NCBI GenBank assembly: GCA_037130175.1
Contig: JBAXTN010000009.1
Span: 1,247 to 65,246 of the forward strand
Reading direction: 5' to 3'
Source of the DNA: a bacterium
GTDB lineage: Bacteria; Verrucomicrobiota; Verrucomicrobiia; Chthoniobacterales; UBA6821
Length of the DNA stretch: 64,000 bases
Shown one piece after another: positions 1 to 8,803 of the stretch (its first letter is position 1; each line of letters opens with the position of its first letter). The position numbers and the translations under genes were made by a program. The notes under the pieces are model-generated. The model was not told the DNA's origin and searched no databases. It saw only the letters and a program-made list of their open reading frames with translations.

Positions 1-1
1 G

Positions 2-505
2 GTGCTTGGCCTTTCTGGCTGCGCCGATACACATCACCAGATGATCGTGAGCGTGCCTGATCAGCAAATGCTGGTGCTGACAGATGGAAAGCCTGTGGCA
101 CTCTACAGAATTTCGACGTCGAAATATGGAACCGGAGACCGTGAAGGAAGTTATGCCACTCCGCTTGGGCGTCTCTGTGTGCGGCAGAAAATCGGAGAAG
201 GGGCACCGCTTGGGGCGGTTTTTCATTCACGCCGTCCCACCGGTGAGGTTCTGCAACCCAATGCTCCGGGCCGCGACCCGATCGTGACGCGCATTCTCTG
301 GTTGGATGGTCTGGAGTCGCATAACCGCAACGCATTCAACCGCTGTATCTACATCCATGGTACACCGCAAGAGGCGATGCTTGGCACTCCGGCTAGTTAT
401 GGGTGTATCCGCATGCGATCCGCGGATGTCGCAAATCTCTATGATCTTGTCGGTCGAGGTGCCCGTGTGGAGATTACGCAAGAGCATCTTGTTCCGAATC
501 AATAA
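2..505 (+). CDS. L,D-transpeptidase (YkuD domain), 5'-truncated at window edge
   Basis: The ORF is open to the window edge. The first residues, LGLSGC, look like the end of a lipoprotein signal (lipobox). The YkuD catalytic motif HGTPQEAMLGTPASYGCIRM is present. Confidence 0.85.
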   Translation: MLGLSGCADTHHQMIVSVPDQQMLVLTDGKPVALYRISTSKYGTGDREGSYATPLGRLCVRQKIGEGAPLGAVFHSRRPTGEVLQPNAPGRDPIVTRILWLDGLESHNRNAFNRCIYIHGTPQEAMLGTPASYGCIRMRSADVANLYDLVGRGARVEITQEHLVPNQ

Positions 506-551
506 GCGTGTGCCAGTTGACGGATAAGGTGATCTGCGCGAAGCTGGCGGA

Positions 552-1247
552 TTGAATTTACCGAAACGACGCTTTCTCATACTATTTTCCCTGCTGATTT
601 CGTTCAGGGGAATGTCCTTTGCTGCAGAAATCTCGCAAGGAACCGAGGGAATTTCTTCCACAAGCACCGAAATTCTTCCCTCCGATCCGCATCACGAGAT
701 CATCGTGAGTGTGAAAGATCAGAAGATGCTCCTCATGACCGATGGCAAAGCAGATGGTCTCTATCCTGTATCCACCTCGAAATTCGGGGTTGGTGATCGT
801 CAGGGCAGCTATGCAACGCCACTTGGAAAGCTGATTGTCAAAGCCAAGATCGGAATGGGTCAGCCGCTTGGAGCCGTCTTTAAATCACGCGCGCCAACGG
901 GTGAAGTGCTCAAGCCAAACGCAACCGGTCGTGATCCGATTGTCACGCGTATTCTCTGGCTGGAAGGTTTGGAGCCGGGCAATCGGAATGCTTTTCAGCG
1001 CGGCATCTACATTCACGGAACCCCCCAAGAGAATCTGCTTGGTCGCCCGGCTAGTTACGGCTGTATCAGGATGAGTTCCATTGATGTAGCGTCCCTTTGC
1101 ACGCGCATACCGACCGGAGCCGTGGTGCGGATCATCTCCGATCATCTACCGATCCATGAGTCGTTACTAAAAAGACTCCTAGATGCCAACCGCTTCGTAG
1201 CGACGCAACCCGGTACGCCAAAGCCCCTTGGCAAGCAGCAGACATAG
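552..1247 (+). CDS. L,D-transpeptidase (YkuD domain), secreted paralogue
   Basis: TTG start and a signal-peptide-like N-terminus (MNLPKRRFLILFSLLISFRGMSFA). YkuD motif HGTPQENLLGRPASYGCIRM. About 70% identical to the upstream copy over 147 residues aligned by hand. Confidence 0.85.
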   Translation: MNLPKRRFLILFSLLISFRGMSFAAEISQGTEGISSTSTEILPSDPHHEIIVSVKDQKMLLMTDGKADGLYPVSTSKFGVGDRQGSYATPLGKLIVKAKIGMGQPLGAVFKSRAPTGEVLKPNATGRDPIVTRILWLEGLEPGNRNAFQRGIYIHGTPQENLLGRPASYGCIRMSSIDVASLCTRIPTGAVVRIISDHLPIHESLLKRLLDANRFVATQPGTPKPLGKQQT

Positions 1248-2012
1248 GAGGACCCATGTGGCCTGAATGACGAGTCCCTGCCAAAGTTGAGAGCCCTGAA
1301 CCTTTTCCATCAGCACAGCCACCGGGAAGTAAAGTTCGTAGGGAAACGGGAGAAAGCGAAGTATAGTGCCGGCTGTGCCAGGGACGGCATCAAGCGGAAA
1401 AAGCCGACCGCTCAGAAAATATTCAAAGGAGTAAAGAATGAAGACAACGGTCGAAATCTCTAGAATCCAAAAGGCGAGCATGGCAAGCGCGTAAGCGAGT
1501 AGGAACTGGATTGCTCCCGCCATGATGGTGCTGGGAAGGAAATAAAGCCAGGTGATGCCATGAGTCGGCCATTGAAGATATTGACGAAACCACCAGAAAA
1601 CGGCTGCGACAGGCAGAAGTGTGACCGCCGTATAGAGAAGACGCGAACCGATGAAAATACAGGAGCGGTAAGCGAGGAAATCAAAGGGCTTGAGCAGCAG
1701 GGAACTGAGTTGGCCTTCGCGGATCTCGGCGGCGATCTGCCATTCATCCTCGGTCGGCGTGACAAGATTTTCAACCAACAGAACAATGAGAAAATAGAAA
1801 ATCATCTCTCCGAAGTTATAACCCGCGATTTCACCCGAGGAACCGCTAAAAATGGAGCGCCAGATGAAGACCGTGCCGAAAAGGGGGATCAGGCCGAAGA
1901 GTGAGCGAAGAAGGAAGTTCCAGCGATAAACAAAGGTATTCTGCAAACCGATCGAGAAGATGGCCCGGTATTTTTCAAAAACAATTTCTATCGCTTGCCG
2001 AAGGGGACGCAT
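1179..2012 (-). CDS. ABC-2 family transporter permease (no adjacent ATPase)
   Basis: Polytopic membrane protein. The N-terminus (YRAIFSIGLQNTFVYRWNFLLRSLF) and the C-terminal RRYEAVG tail resemble the ABC-2 type permease family (ABC2_membrane_6-like). Confidence 0.6.
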   Translation of the reverse strand: MRPLRQAIEIVFEKYRAIFSIGLQNTFVYRWNFLLRSLFGLIPLFGTVFIWRSIFSGSSGEIAGYNFGEMIFYFLIVLLVENLVTPTEDEWQIAAEIREGQLSSLLLKPFDFLAYRSCIFIGSRLLYTAVTLLPVAAVFWWFRQYLQWPTHGITWLYFLPSTIMAGAIQFLLAYALAMLAFWILEISTVVFILYSFEYFLSGRLFPLDAVPGTAGTILRFLPFPYELYFPVAVLMEKVQGSQLWQGLVIQATWVLLCLLLAKGLWRTGLRRYEAVGI

Positions 2013-2057
2013 CTTGATTGTTTAAACGCAAATCCCATTTCACTCAAACATCCTTCC

Positions 2058-4016
2058 ATGACAACCCTCCTCGACTCAATCATCGCAGCTGAAAATACCG
2101 GCGTGCTGCTCCCTTCCTCAGCGGAGAATATCCGCAAGATGCTCTCCCGATCCGCATCACCCCTGACGATTGCCGTGATCACGGAACTCGTTGAGGGGAA
2201 ACGCTGGGATGAGCTGAATAACCGCTTCTTCCGCACACTGGCTTTTGGTACGGGTGGATTGCGTGGAAAGACTATTGGAGCCGTGCTGACCAAGGCCGAA
2301 GAAGGCCCAGGCCGTCCGGATGGTCGTCCCGAACATGCCTGCATCGGGACGAATGCAATGAATGACTACAACATCATTCGTGCTACTCAGGGCCTCGCCA
2401 TCTATTCCCGTCAGTGGCATATCAAACAGAATCGTCCCGGACGCGCCTCCATCGCGATCAGCTACGACACCCGTTTTTTCTCCCGCGAGTTCGCCGATCT
2501 CGCGGCAAAGGTCATGACTGAACTGGGCTGCGATGCTCTGCTCTTTGAGGGGCCGCGTTCGACGCCCGAGCTTTCCTTTGCCGTGCGATATAAAAATGCC
2601 ACTGCTGGGATCAATATCACCGCGAGCCACAATCCGCCCGCCTACAACGGTTACAAAGTCTATTTCGACGATGGAGCGCAGGTAATCGAGCCTCACGCCT
2701 CGGCAATCATTGATCTGGTGAATGCCGGTGACGGCGATTCCTACGAGGCCCTTCCTAAAGCGGAGCATGGAGAGGTGATCAAAATCGGTCGTGAAATTGA
2801 TGAAGCCTACATGGAGCGTCTTGAGAAGCTCATCATTGATCCCGAGCTTTTTCAGCGCAAACCGACTCTTAAGACCGTCTATACTCCTCTTCACGGAGTC
2901 GGCGGGGTCATCATCGTCCCGATGCTCCATCGTCTCGGAGTGGAGTGCTGGCCAGTGCCTTCTCAGATGGTGCCGGATGGTCTCTTCCCGACCGTCAAGT
3001 CTCCGAATCCAGAATACCCAGAGGCCCTGAGTCTCGGTATGGCCCTTGCCGATGTGGAGAAAGCCGATCTCGTTCAAGCAACCGATCCCGATGATGACCG
3101 TATGGGAATTGCCGCACGGGGAGCCGGTGGAAACCTTGTGCTGCTCACCGGAAATCAGATTGGTTCCCTCATGGTTTGGTATCGACTCAAGCGACTCTTT
3201 GAGAAAGGAATTTTGAACGAGGCCAACCGTGATCATGCCGTGGTGATCAAGAGTTTGGTGACGACTGATTTGCAAAAGGAGATCGCGCTTGGATTTCGCG
3301 TGAAGTGTGTGGAGACCCTTACCGGTTTCAAATACATCGGGGCCAAGCAGCGCGATTACGAAGAGAAGCTGCCGGAGCCGATTCGATCCCGCTATCGCGA
3401 GCTGTCCGAGGATGAGACTCGCGATGCACGACTCAAGGACTCCCTCTTCTTCGTCTTTGGTGGGGAGGAGAGCTACGGCTACAACACGGGGGATTTCGTC
3501 CGGGACAAGGATGGGAATGCGGCCGTCATCTGCTTTGCCGAAGTTGCCGCCTATGCAGCTTCTGTGGGGTTGACCGTGGTGACACTACTTGATCAGATTT
3601 TCGCGGAATATGGATTCTATCTGGAGAGGGGAGAGTCACTGACTTTCGATGGAGCTGAAGGGGCTGCAAAAATCAAGAAATTGGTCGATTCCTATGCGGG
3701 CAATCCTCCTGCGGAAATCAAGGGGGCTAAGGTGCTTTCCGTCCTCGATTATGATCAGCAGGACATCCATGATTCCGAAGGCGTATTGATTCCTAAGGAA
3801 GCAATGATCGTTTTTGAAATTGAGGGTGGGCTCAAAGTTGCCGTGCGTCCCTCCGGCACGGAGCCAAAGATCAAGTATTACCTCTATGCATCGGAGAAAC
3901 CCGCATCTGGAATCTTTACCACCGAGGAACTCGCCAAGACCAAGCTGCGTGTGGCTGAGGGGCTGGAGCGTCTCTGGCAGTGGCTGAAGGCCGATGCAGG
4001 GAAGAGAGCAGAGTAA
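2058..4016 (+). CDS. phospho-sugar mutase (phosphoglucomutase/phosphomannomutase family)
   Basis: Active-site serine loop GINITASHNPPAYNGYKVY and metal loop ATDPDDDRMG. Start moved to the internal ATG at 2058 to avoid overlapping the divergent gene. Confidence 0.9.
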   Translation: MTTLLDSIIAAENTGVLLPSSAENIRKMLSRSASPLTIAVITELVEGKRWDELNNRFFRTLAFGTGGLRGKTIGAVLTKAEEGPGRPDGRPEHACIGTNAMNDYNIIRATQGLAIYSRQWHIKQNRPGRASIAISYDTRFFSREFADLAAKVMTELGCDALLFEGPRSTPELSFAVRYKNATAGINITASHNPPAYNGYKVYFDDGAQVIEPHASAIIDLVNAGDGDSYEALPKAEHGEVIKIGREIDEAYMERLEKLIIDPELFQRKPTLKTVYTPLHGVGGVIIVPMLHRLGVECWPVPSQMVPDGLFPTVKSPNPEYPEALSLGMALADVEKADLVQATDPDDDRMGIAARGAGGNLVLLTGNQIGSLMVWYRLKRLFEKGILNEANRDHAVVIKSLVTTDLQKEIALGFRVKCVETLTGFKYIGAKQRDYEEKLPEPIRSRYRELSEDETRDARLKDSLFFVFGGEESYGYNTGDFVRDKDGNAAVICFAEVAAYAASVGLTVVTLLDQIFAEYGFYLERGESLTFDGAEGAAKIKKLVDSYAGNPPAEIKGAKVLSVLDYDQQDIHDSEGVLIPKEAMIVFEIEGGLKVAVRPSGTEPKIKYYLYASEKPASGIFTTEELAKTKLRVAEGLERLWQWLKADAGKRAE

Positions 4017-4034
4017 TCTCCCATCCTTCTCTTT

Positions 4035-4229
4035 ATGCCTTATGTGAATGTCCGAATCCTGCGTAACGGAGTTACTGCTGAGCAGAAAGCACGGATCGTT
4101 GCGGAGATTACTCGCACGCTGGAAACGGTGCTAAATAAAAAGCCAGAATACACCCATGTCGTGATTGATGAGATTGATCCTGAAAATTTGGGTTACGCGG
4201 GAATGCTCACCAGTGAAATGACTGATTGA
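4035..4229 (+). CDS. 4-oxalocrotonate tautomerase family protein
   Basis: 64 aa starting MPYVNVRI, with the catalytic Pro1 after Met removal. Typical size and beta-alpha-beta pattern. Confidence 0.8.
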   Translation: MPYVNVRILRNGVTAEQKARIVAEITRTLETVLNKKPEYTHVVIDEIDPENLGYAGMLTSEMTD

Positions 4230-4266
4230 TAGCTCTCCGATTCCCGACTTCTATAATCCCCCCTCA

Positions 4267-4593
4267 ATGCTTATCTCCACGACCTTCGATATTCCTGGCT
4301 ATCGCATCATTGCTCATAAGGGAATGGTGCGTGGTCTGATCGTCAGATCGCCCACTATCGCTCAGGGGATTCTGGGTGGACTGAAAAGCATCATCGGCGG
4401 TCGTATCGGTGCCTACACGGAGATGTGTGAGCAGGGACGCCAGCACGCCTATGATCAGATGGTTCTCCATGCTGCCCAACTCGGTGCTAACGCAATCATT
4501 GGGGTGCGTTACGATGCTTCAGACCTAGGGGCCAACCTATCTGCTACGGAGGTGCTATGCTACGGGACGGCGGTGACAGTAGAATCTCTTTGA
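4267..4593 (+). CDS. YbjQ/UPF0145 family protein
   Basis: 108 aa. Characteristic pattern STTFDIPGYRI...GLIVRS...GANAIIGVRYD. Confidence 0.85.
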   Translation: MLISTTFDIPGYRIIAHKGMVRGLIVRSPTIAQGILGGLKSIIGGRIGAYTEMCEQGRQHAYDQMVLHAAQLGANAIIGVRYDASDLGANLSATEVLCYGTAVTVESL

Positions 4594-4602
4594 TTACAAT
4601 GC

Positions 4603-6933
4603 TTGTTGCGGAGTGTGTTTTTTGGGACTAGGTTTCAGCTCCTGAGTCCTTCCGCTCCACCGCAGCGCATCGCCTTCCTGGGCGATTATTTGCCAAGGCT
4701 TTGCGGAATTGCGACTTTTACGCACGATTTGTGCGAGTCTGTCGCCCGTGAGATTCCCGATGCGGACTGCTTTGTCGGCGCAGTCAATGATCGCCAAGAG
4801 GGCTATGATTATTCATCAAGGGTTCGCTTTGAGCTTCTGGAGAAAGATCTCGACTCTTACAGACGGGCCGCTGATTTTCTGAATTTTAACAGGGCCGATG
4901 TGCTCTGCGTGCAGCATGAATTTGGCATTTACGGCGGGGCCGCAGGAAGTCATCTGCTTGCCTTGCTCAAGGAGGTACGGATGCCGGTGGTGACGACGCT
5001 CCATACCATCCTTCGGGAGCCCAGTCCCGCACAGCGCAAGGTGATGACTGAACTGGCCCGTTGCAGCGACCGACTGGTGGTGATGGCGCAACATGGGGCA
5101 GAGATTCTTCGTGAAGTCTATGATGTCTCTCAGGCAAAGATCGATGTGATCCCTCATGGCATCCCTGATCTTCCTTTCATGGACTCCTCGTTTTACAAGG
5201 CCGAGTTTGGAGTGGAGGGGCGAAGCGTGTTGTTGACCTTCGGCCTGATCTCTCCCGGCAAGGGAATTGAGTATGTGATCAAGGCTTTGCCCGAAATTGT
5301 CCAAAGACACCCGAATGTCGTCTATCTGGTGCTCGGTGCGACACACCCCCATCTGCTGGCGACCGAGGGGGAACGCTATCGCTTGAGTCTCGAACGGCTT
5401 GCCCGGGATTGCGGGGTGAAGGAGCATGTCATCTTCTACAACCGATTTGTTTCCCCGGAGGATCTTAAGGAATTCATCGGAGCGACTGACATTTATCTTA
5501 CCCCCTACCTAAACGCCGCGCAGGTGACTTCGGGTACGCTTGCCTATGTTTTCGGAGCAGGGAAGGCCGTGGTCTCCACACCCTACTGGCATGCTCAGGA
5601 ATTGCTTTCGGAGGAGCGAGGCGTGCTTGTTCCCTTTCGCGATTCCAAGGCAATCGCCGAAGGAGTATCTGGACTCCTTCATGATCCCTCCCGCATGGAG
5701 GCAATTCGTCGAGATGCTTATGCGATCGGACGCACGATGATCTGGCCGGCGGTGGCTCGGCGCTATCTTCAGACATTTCAAAAAGCTCGCGCCGACAGGA
5801 AGTCAGGATTTTCAATGCCCCGCGCGGCCTTTGCAGGGTGGACGCTTGGTAGTCGCCCTTCGGAGCTACCTCCACTGCGTCTTGATCATATCATTCGGAT
5901 GAGCGATGGAACCGGCATTTTTCAGCATGCAATTTTCAATGTGCCGAATTTTCACGAGGGCTATTGCACAGATGACAATGCCAGGGCCTATATCCTCTGC
6001 AATCTGCTGGATGAGGTGGGCGGGGAATCACCCGAGGAGAGTCTTGCCGGTCATGCCACCAACTATCTCGCCTTCCTCGCGGCGGCACTCGATTATGAAA
6101 GTGGACGATTCCGCAATTTCATGAGTCATGGACGGCAGTGGCTTGAAGTTGCCGGGAGTGAGGACAGTCATGCGCGTGCACTCTGGGCCCTTGGTACAGG
6201 CGTTGGGCGTTCCGGTGACGAAGGGCACCGAAGGCTCTGCGAACAGCTTTTTATGAAAGGATTGGGCGTGGTGGCGGAATTCACTTCGCCAAGGGCTTGG
6301 AATTTCGCCCTCTTGGGAATCCATGAATATCAGCGACGGTTTCCGGGGGAGAAAAAGACAAGTTTGCTGCGTGGGCACCTTGTCTCAAGGCTCCTGATGC
6401 TCTGGGAGGAATATGCCACGGAAGACTGGCTTTGGTTCGAGGCGAGTCTCACCTACGATAATGCAAGGTTCTGTCAGGCACTTATCCTGAGCGGTCAGTC
6501 CATGAGAGATGAGGGGTCTCTTGCGATCGGTTTGAAATCGCTTCGATGGCTGACATCACTTCAGAAAACGCAGGCAGGCTGTTTCCGCCCTATCGGTAGT
6601 AATGGATTTTACAAAAAGGATGGTGCGCGGGCCGATTTTGATCAGCAGCCACTGGAGGCTCTAGCGATGATTTCAGCCTGCCACGAGGCTTTTGCAGCGA
6701 CAGAAGATGTTGCCTGGACGCATGAGGCATGGCGGGCCTTTGAGTGGTTTCTGGGGCGCAACGATCTGGGGCTGCCACTATATGATTTCAGTACCGGTGG
6801 TTGCAGTGACGGATTGCACTGTGACCGGGTGAGTGAAAATCAGGGGGCGGAATCATCGCTGGCCTTTCATCTTGCACTCGTCGAAATGAACCGTGCCGAG
6901 CATCTCATTCCTCCCGCACCGATAGCTGCCTGA
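4603..6933 (+). CDS. GT4-family glycosyltransferase with large C-terminal extra domain
   Basis: TTG start. The N-terminal half is GT-B/GT4-like (LLTFGLISPGKGIEYVI..., TPYLNAAQVTSGTLAYVFGAGKAVVSTP). About 380 further residues form a helical domain that I could not assign. Confidence 0.8.
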   Translation: MLRSVFFGTRFQLLSPSAPPQRIAFLGDYLPRLCGIATFTHDLCESVAREIPDADCFVGAVNDRQEGYDYSSRVRFELLEKDLDSYRRAADFLNFNRADVLCVQHEFGIYGGAAGSHLLALLKEVRMPVVTTLHTILREPSPAQRKVMTELARCSDRLVVMAQHGAEILREVYDVSQAKIDVIPHGIPDLPFMDSSFYKAEFGVEGRSVLLTFGLISPGKGIEYVIKALPEIVQRHPNVVYLVLGATHPHLLATEGERYRLSLERLARDCGVKEHVIFYNRFVSPEDLKEFIGATDIYLTPYLNAAQVTSGTLAYVFGAGKAVVSTPYWHAQELLSEERGVLVPFRDSKAIAEGVSGLLHDPSRMEAIRRDAYAIGRTMIWPAVARRYLQTFQKARADRKSGFSMPRAAFAGWTLGSRPSELPPLRLDHIIRMSDGTGIFQHAIFNVPNFHEGYCTDDNARAYILCNLLDEVGGESPEESLAGHATNYLAFLAAALDYESGRFRNFMSHGRQWLEVAGSEDSHARALWALGTGVGRSGDEGHRRLCEQLFMKGLGVVAEFTSPRAWNFALLGIHEYQRRFPGEKKTSLLRGHLVSRLLMLWEEYATEDWLWFEASLTYDNARFCQALILSGQSMRDEGSLAIGLKSLRWLTSLQKTQAGCFRPIGSNGFYKKDGARADFDQQPLEALAMISACHEAFAATEDVAWTHEAWRAFEWFLGRNDLGLPLYDFSTGGCSDGLHCDRVSENQGAESSLAFHLALVEMNRAEHLIPPAPIAA

Positions 6934-6939
6934 TCAACC

Positions 6940-8400
6940 ATGATGAATCTCATCCAACTTTGCCGTCATGAGGTGACGCTTCTTCCGGAGAGTGCGCGTG
7001 TCATTATCCGTCCCATCATTCCGGCGGAGACTCACCGTGTCACCACGATCATCGGTCGCGCACTCGCACTCACCGAGGAAGAGGTGAGAATGCAACTCGC
7101 CGCGGTACTGGCGGAATTTGACGCACGGCATCTTGATACCCAATCAGTTCTGGAAGCACATTTCTTACGGGTTAAGCATCATGTGTTCACGCATCGAAAG
7201 CTTTCCCGCGAGAGGGAATTGCTGATCGGAGCGCTATTTTCCGGGGAGTATGCCCTCGAGTCTGCGGCGCTGTTCAATCCCTCCATGGTACCCCATCCGG
7301 ATCAGAGCAATCTTCCGGAAGGATCCCTCAGGTTTGTATTGAGTCTGCGTGCGACCGGGGAGGGCCATATTTCCTCCATTGAATTCCGCTCAGGTGTGGT
7401 TGCCGCTGAGGGAGGAATTTCTTTCGATCCTGTCTCCCGTTTTGTGACCCTTCCGGAAGTGGTTCCTAACCCCAGCTATCAGAAGCAACTCTTCATCATG
7501 AAACTTTCGGAAATGGGACTGGAAGAATCGTATGTTGGTGCTGTCATGGGGCATCTTGCGGATGACTTTGCACTTGCTGATTTGAACCAGAGCATCGCCA
7601 CGATCCTGCGCGAGCAGCAACCGGCAAACCACGAAATGCTGCGGACGTTGGAGAGCGTCAAGTGGCTGGCCAATTCAAACTACGAACTTCTTTTTTCGGA
7701 GAAACTGGCGATGAGCGAACGGATTATTTTTCCCGTTTCAACGAATGAGAGCAACGGGATTGAGGATGCCCGTTTTGTCCGCTTCATTGGGGATGATGGA
7801 AAGGTCATCTATTATGCCACTTACACGGCTTACAATGGGCGTTCCATTCTTCCCCAGCTCATCGAGACAAAAGATTTCCTTCACTTCCGTATCCTGACGC
7901 TTAATGGAAGTGCCATGCAGAACAAGGGAATGGCGTTCTTCCCCCGTCGGATTAATGGGCGTTACGCGATGCTCTCTAGGCAGGATGACGAGAATCTTTT
8001 TATCATGTTTTCAGACAGTCCCCATTACTGGAGTGATCCGCAGGTAATTCTGCGCCCTGCGGAAATGTGGGAGTCGGTGAAGATCGGCAATTGCGGTTCT
8101 CCCATCGAAACCGAGAAGGGGTGGTTGGTCATCACGCACGGGGTTGGTCCGATGCGTAAATATTGTATCGGAGCTGCGCTGCTGGATTTGAATGATCCCA
8201 CCAAGGTGATTGGACGCCTAAGGGAACCGCTGCTGTCTCCTGAAGGCAACGAACGCGAGGGATATGTTCCCAATGTCGTCTATAGTTGTGGCTCTATGTT
8301 GCACGGCGGAAAATTGGTTCTCCCCTTCGCCATCAGCGACCGGGCATCCGTTATTGCTAGCATTCCTATTGAAGATATTCTTTCAGCCCTACTTGCCTAG
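6940..8400 (+). CDS. GH130-like glycoside phosphorylase/hydrolase (DUF377, PH1107-related) with N-terminal extension
   Basis: Motifs IEDARFVRF, NKGMAFFPRRINGRYAMLSR, IGNCGSPIETEKGWLVITHGV, YCIGAALLDLNDPTKVIGR and GYVPNVVYSCG match the GH130 family pattern. The start is 6 nt after the GT4 stop. Confidence 0.8.
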   Translation: MMNLIQLCRHEVTLLPESARVIIRPIIPAETHRVTTIIGRALALTEEEVRMQLAAVLAEFDARHLDTQSVLEAHFLRVKHHVFTHRKLSRERELLIGALFSGEYALESAALFNPSMVPHPDQSNLPEGSLRFVLSLRATGEGHISSIEFRSGVVAAEGGISFDPVSRFVTLPEVVPNPSYQKQLFIMKLSEMGLEESYVGAVMGHLADDFALADLNQSIATILREQQPANHEMLRTLESVKWLANSNYELLFSEKLAMSERIIFPVSTNESNGIEDARFVRFIGDDGKVIYYATYTAYNGRSILPQLIETKDFLHFRILTLNGSAMQNKGMAFFPRRINGRYAMLSRQDDENLFIMFSDSPHYWSDPQVILRPAEMWESVKIGNCGSPIETEKGWLVITHGVGPMRKYCIGAALLDLNDPTKVIGRLREPLLSPEGNEREGYVPNVVYSCGSMLHGGKLVLPFAISDRASVIASIPIEDILSALLA

Positions 8401-8476
8401 GCGGCTTAGAAAAGAGCATCTATTCTCCAGACGCTTCTTGCCTGACACGGCATTTTGCGACTAGGATTATCGATTC

Positions 8477-8550
8477 CGGGGCGTAGCTCAGCTTGGTAGA
8501 GCGCTTGGTTTGGGACCAAGAAGTCGCAGGTTCGAATCCTGTCGCCCCGA
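8477..8550 (+). tRNA. tRNA-Pro (anticodon UGG)
   Basis: Hand-folded cloverleaf of 74 nt. The acceptor stem is CGGGGCG/CGCCCCG with discriminator A. The D arm is GCTC-AGCTTGGTA-GAGC. The anticodon stem is CTTGG/CCAAG with loop TTTGGGA. The T arm is GCAGG-TTCGAAT-CCTGT. CCA is not encoded. Confidence 0.9.
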
Positions 8551-8575
8551 TATTTCACAGTGAGCGATGGAGTCG

Positions 8576-8803
8576 CTAAATCCTGCCAGTCAGCCACTCA
8601 TCTTCCTCGCTTCCCAGTAAAATCTCCTTCCATGGTACTTTGCGAATGGTGTTAACAGGTGTCGGAGCGGGAGCTTTTTTACCTTTTTTGCGTGCCGTGT
8701 TTTTGATCGGAAGTACTTTCTTTCTTTGCTTAGATTTTTTAGAGGGACTCATCGTGTGTCCGGTGGATGACGCCGTGTTTTCAAATATGGGCCTAGTGCC
8801 CAT
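8576..8803 (-). CDS. small lysine-rich basic protein (hypothetical)
   Basis: Its ATG overlaps the stop of the upstream SPFH gene (TGATG). Contains a KKSKQRKKVLPIKNTARKKGKKAP stretch. No family recognised. Confidence 0.4.
   Translation of the reverse strand: MGTRPIFENTASSTGHTMSPSKKSKQRKKVLPIKNTARKKGKKAPAPTPVNTIRKVPWKEILLGSEEDEWLTGRI

Noticed and set aside
8406-8597. 63-aa minus-strand ORF.
   Set aside because: It overlaps the complete tRNA-Pro cloverleaf at 8477-8550, so the ORF is an artefact of translating the tRNA antisense strand.
8401-8600. tRNA-Pro as a possible integration site for a genomic island.
   Set aside because: I found no integrase, no direct repeat of the tRNA 3' end, and no phage or mobile genes on either side. 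The flanking genes are ordinary chromosomal ones (GH130-like, SPFH).
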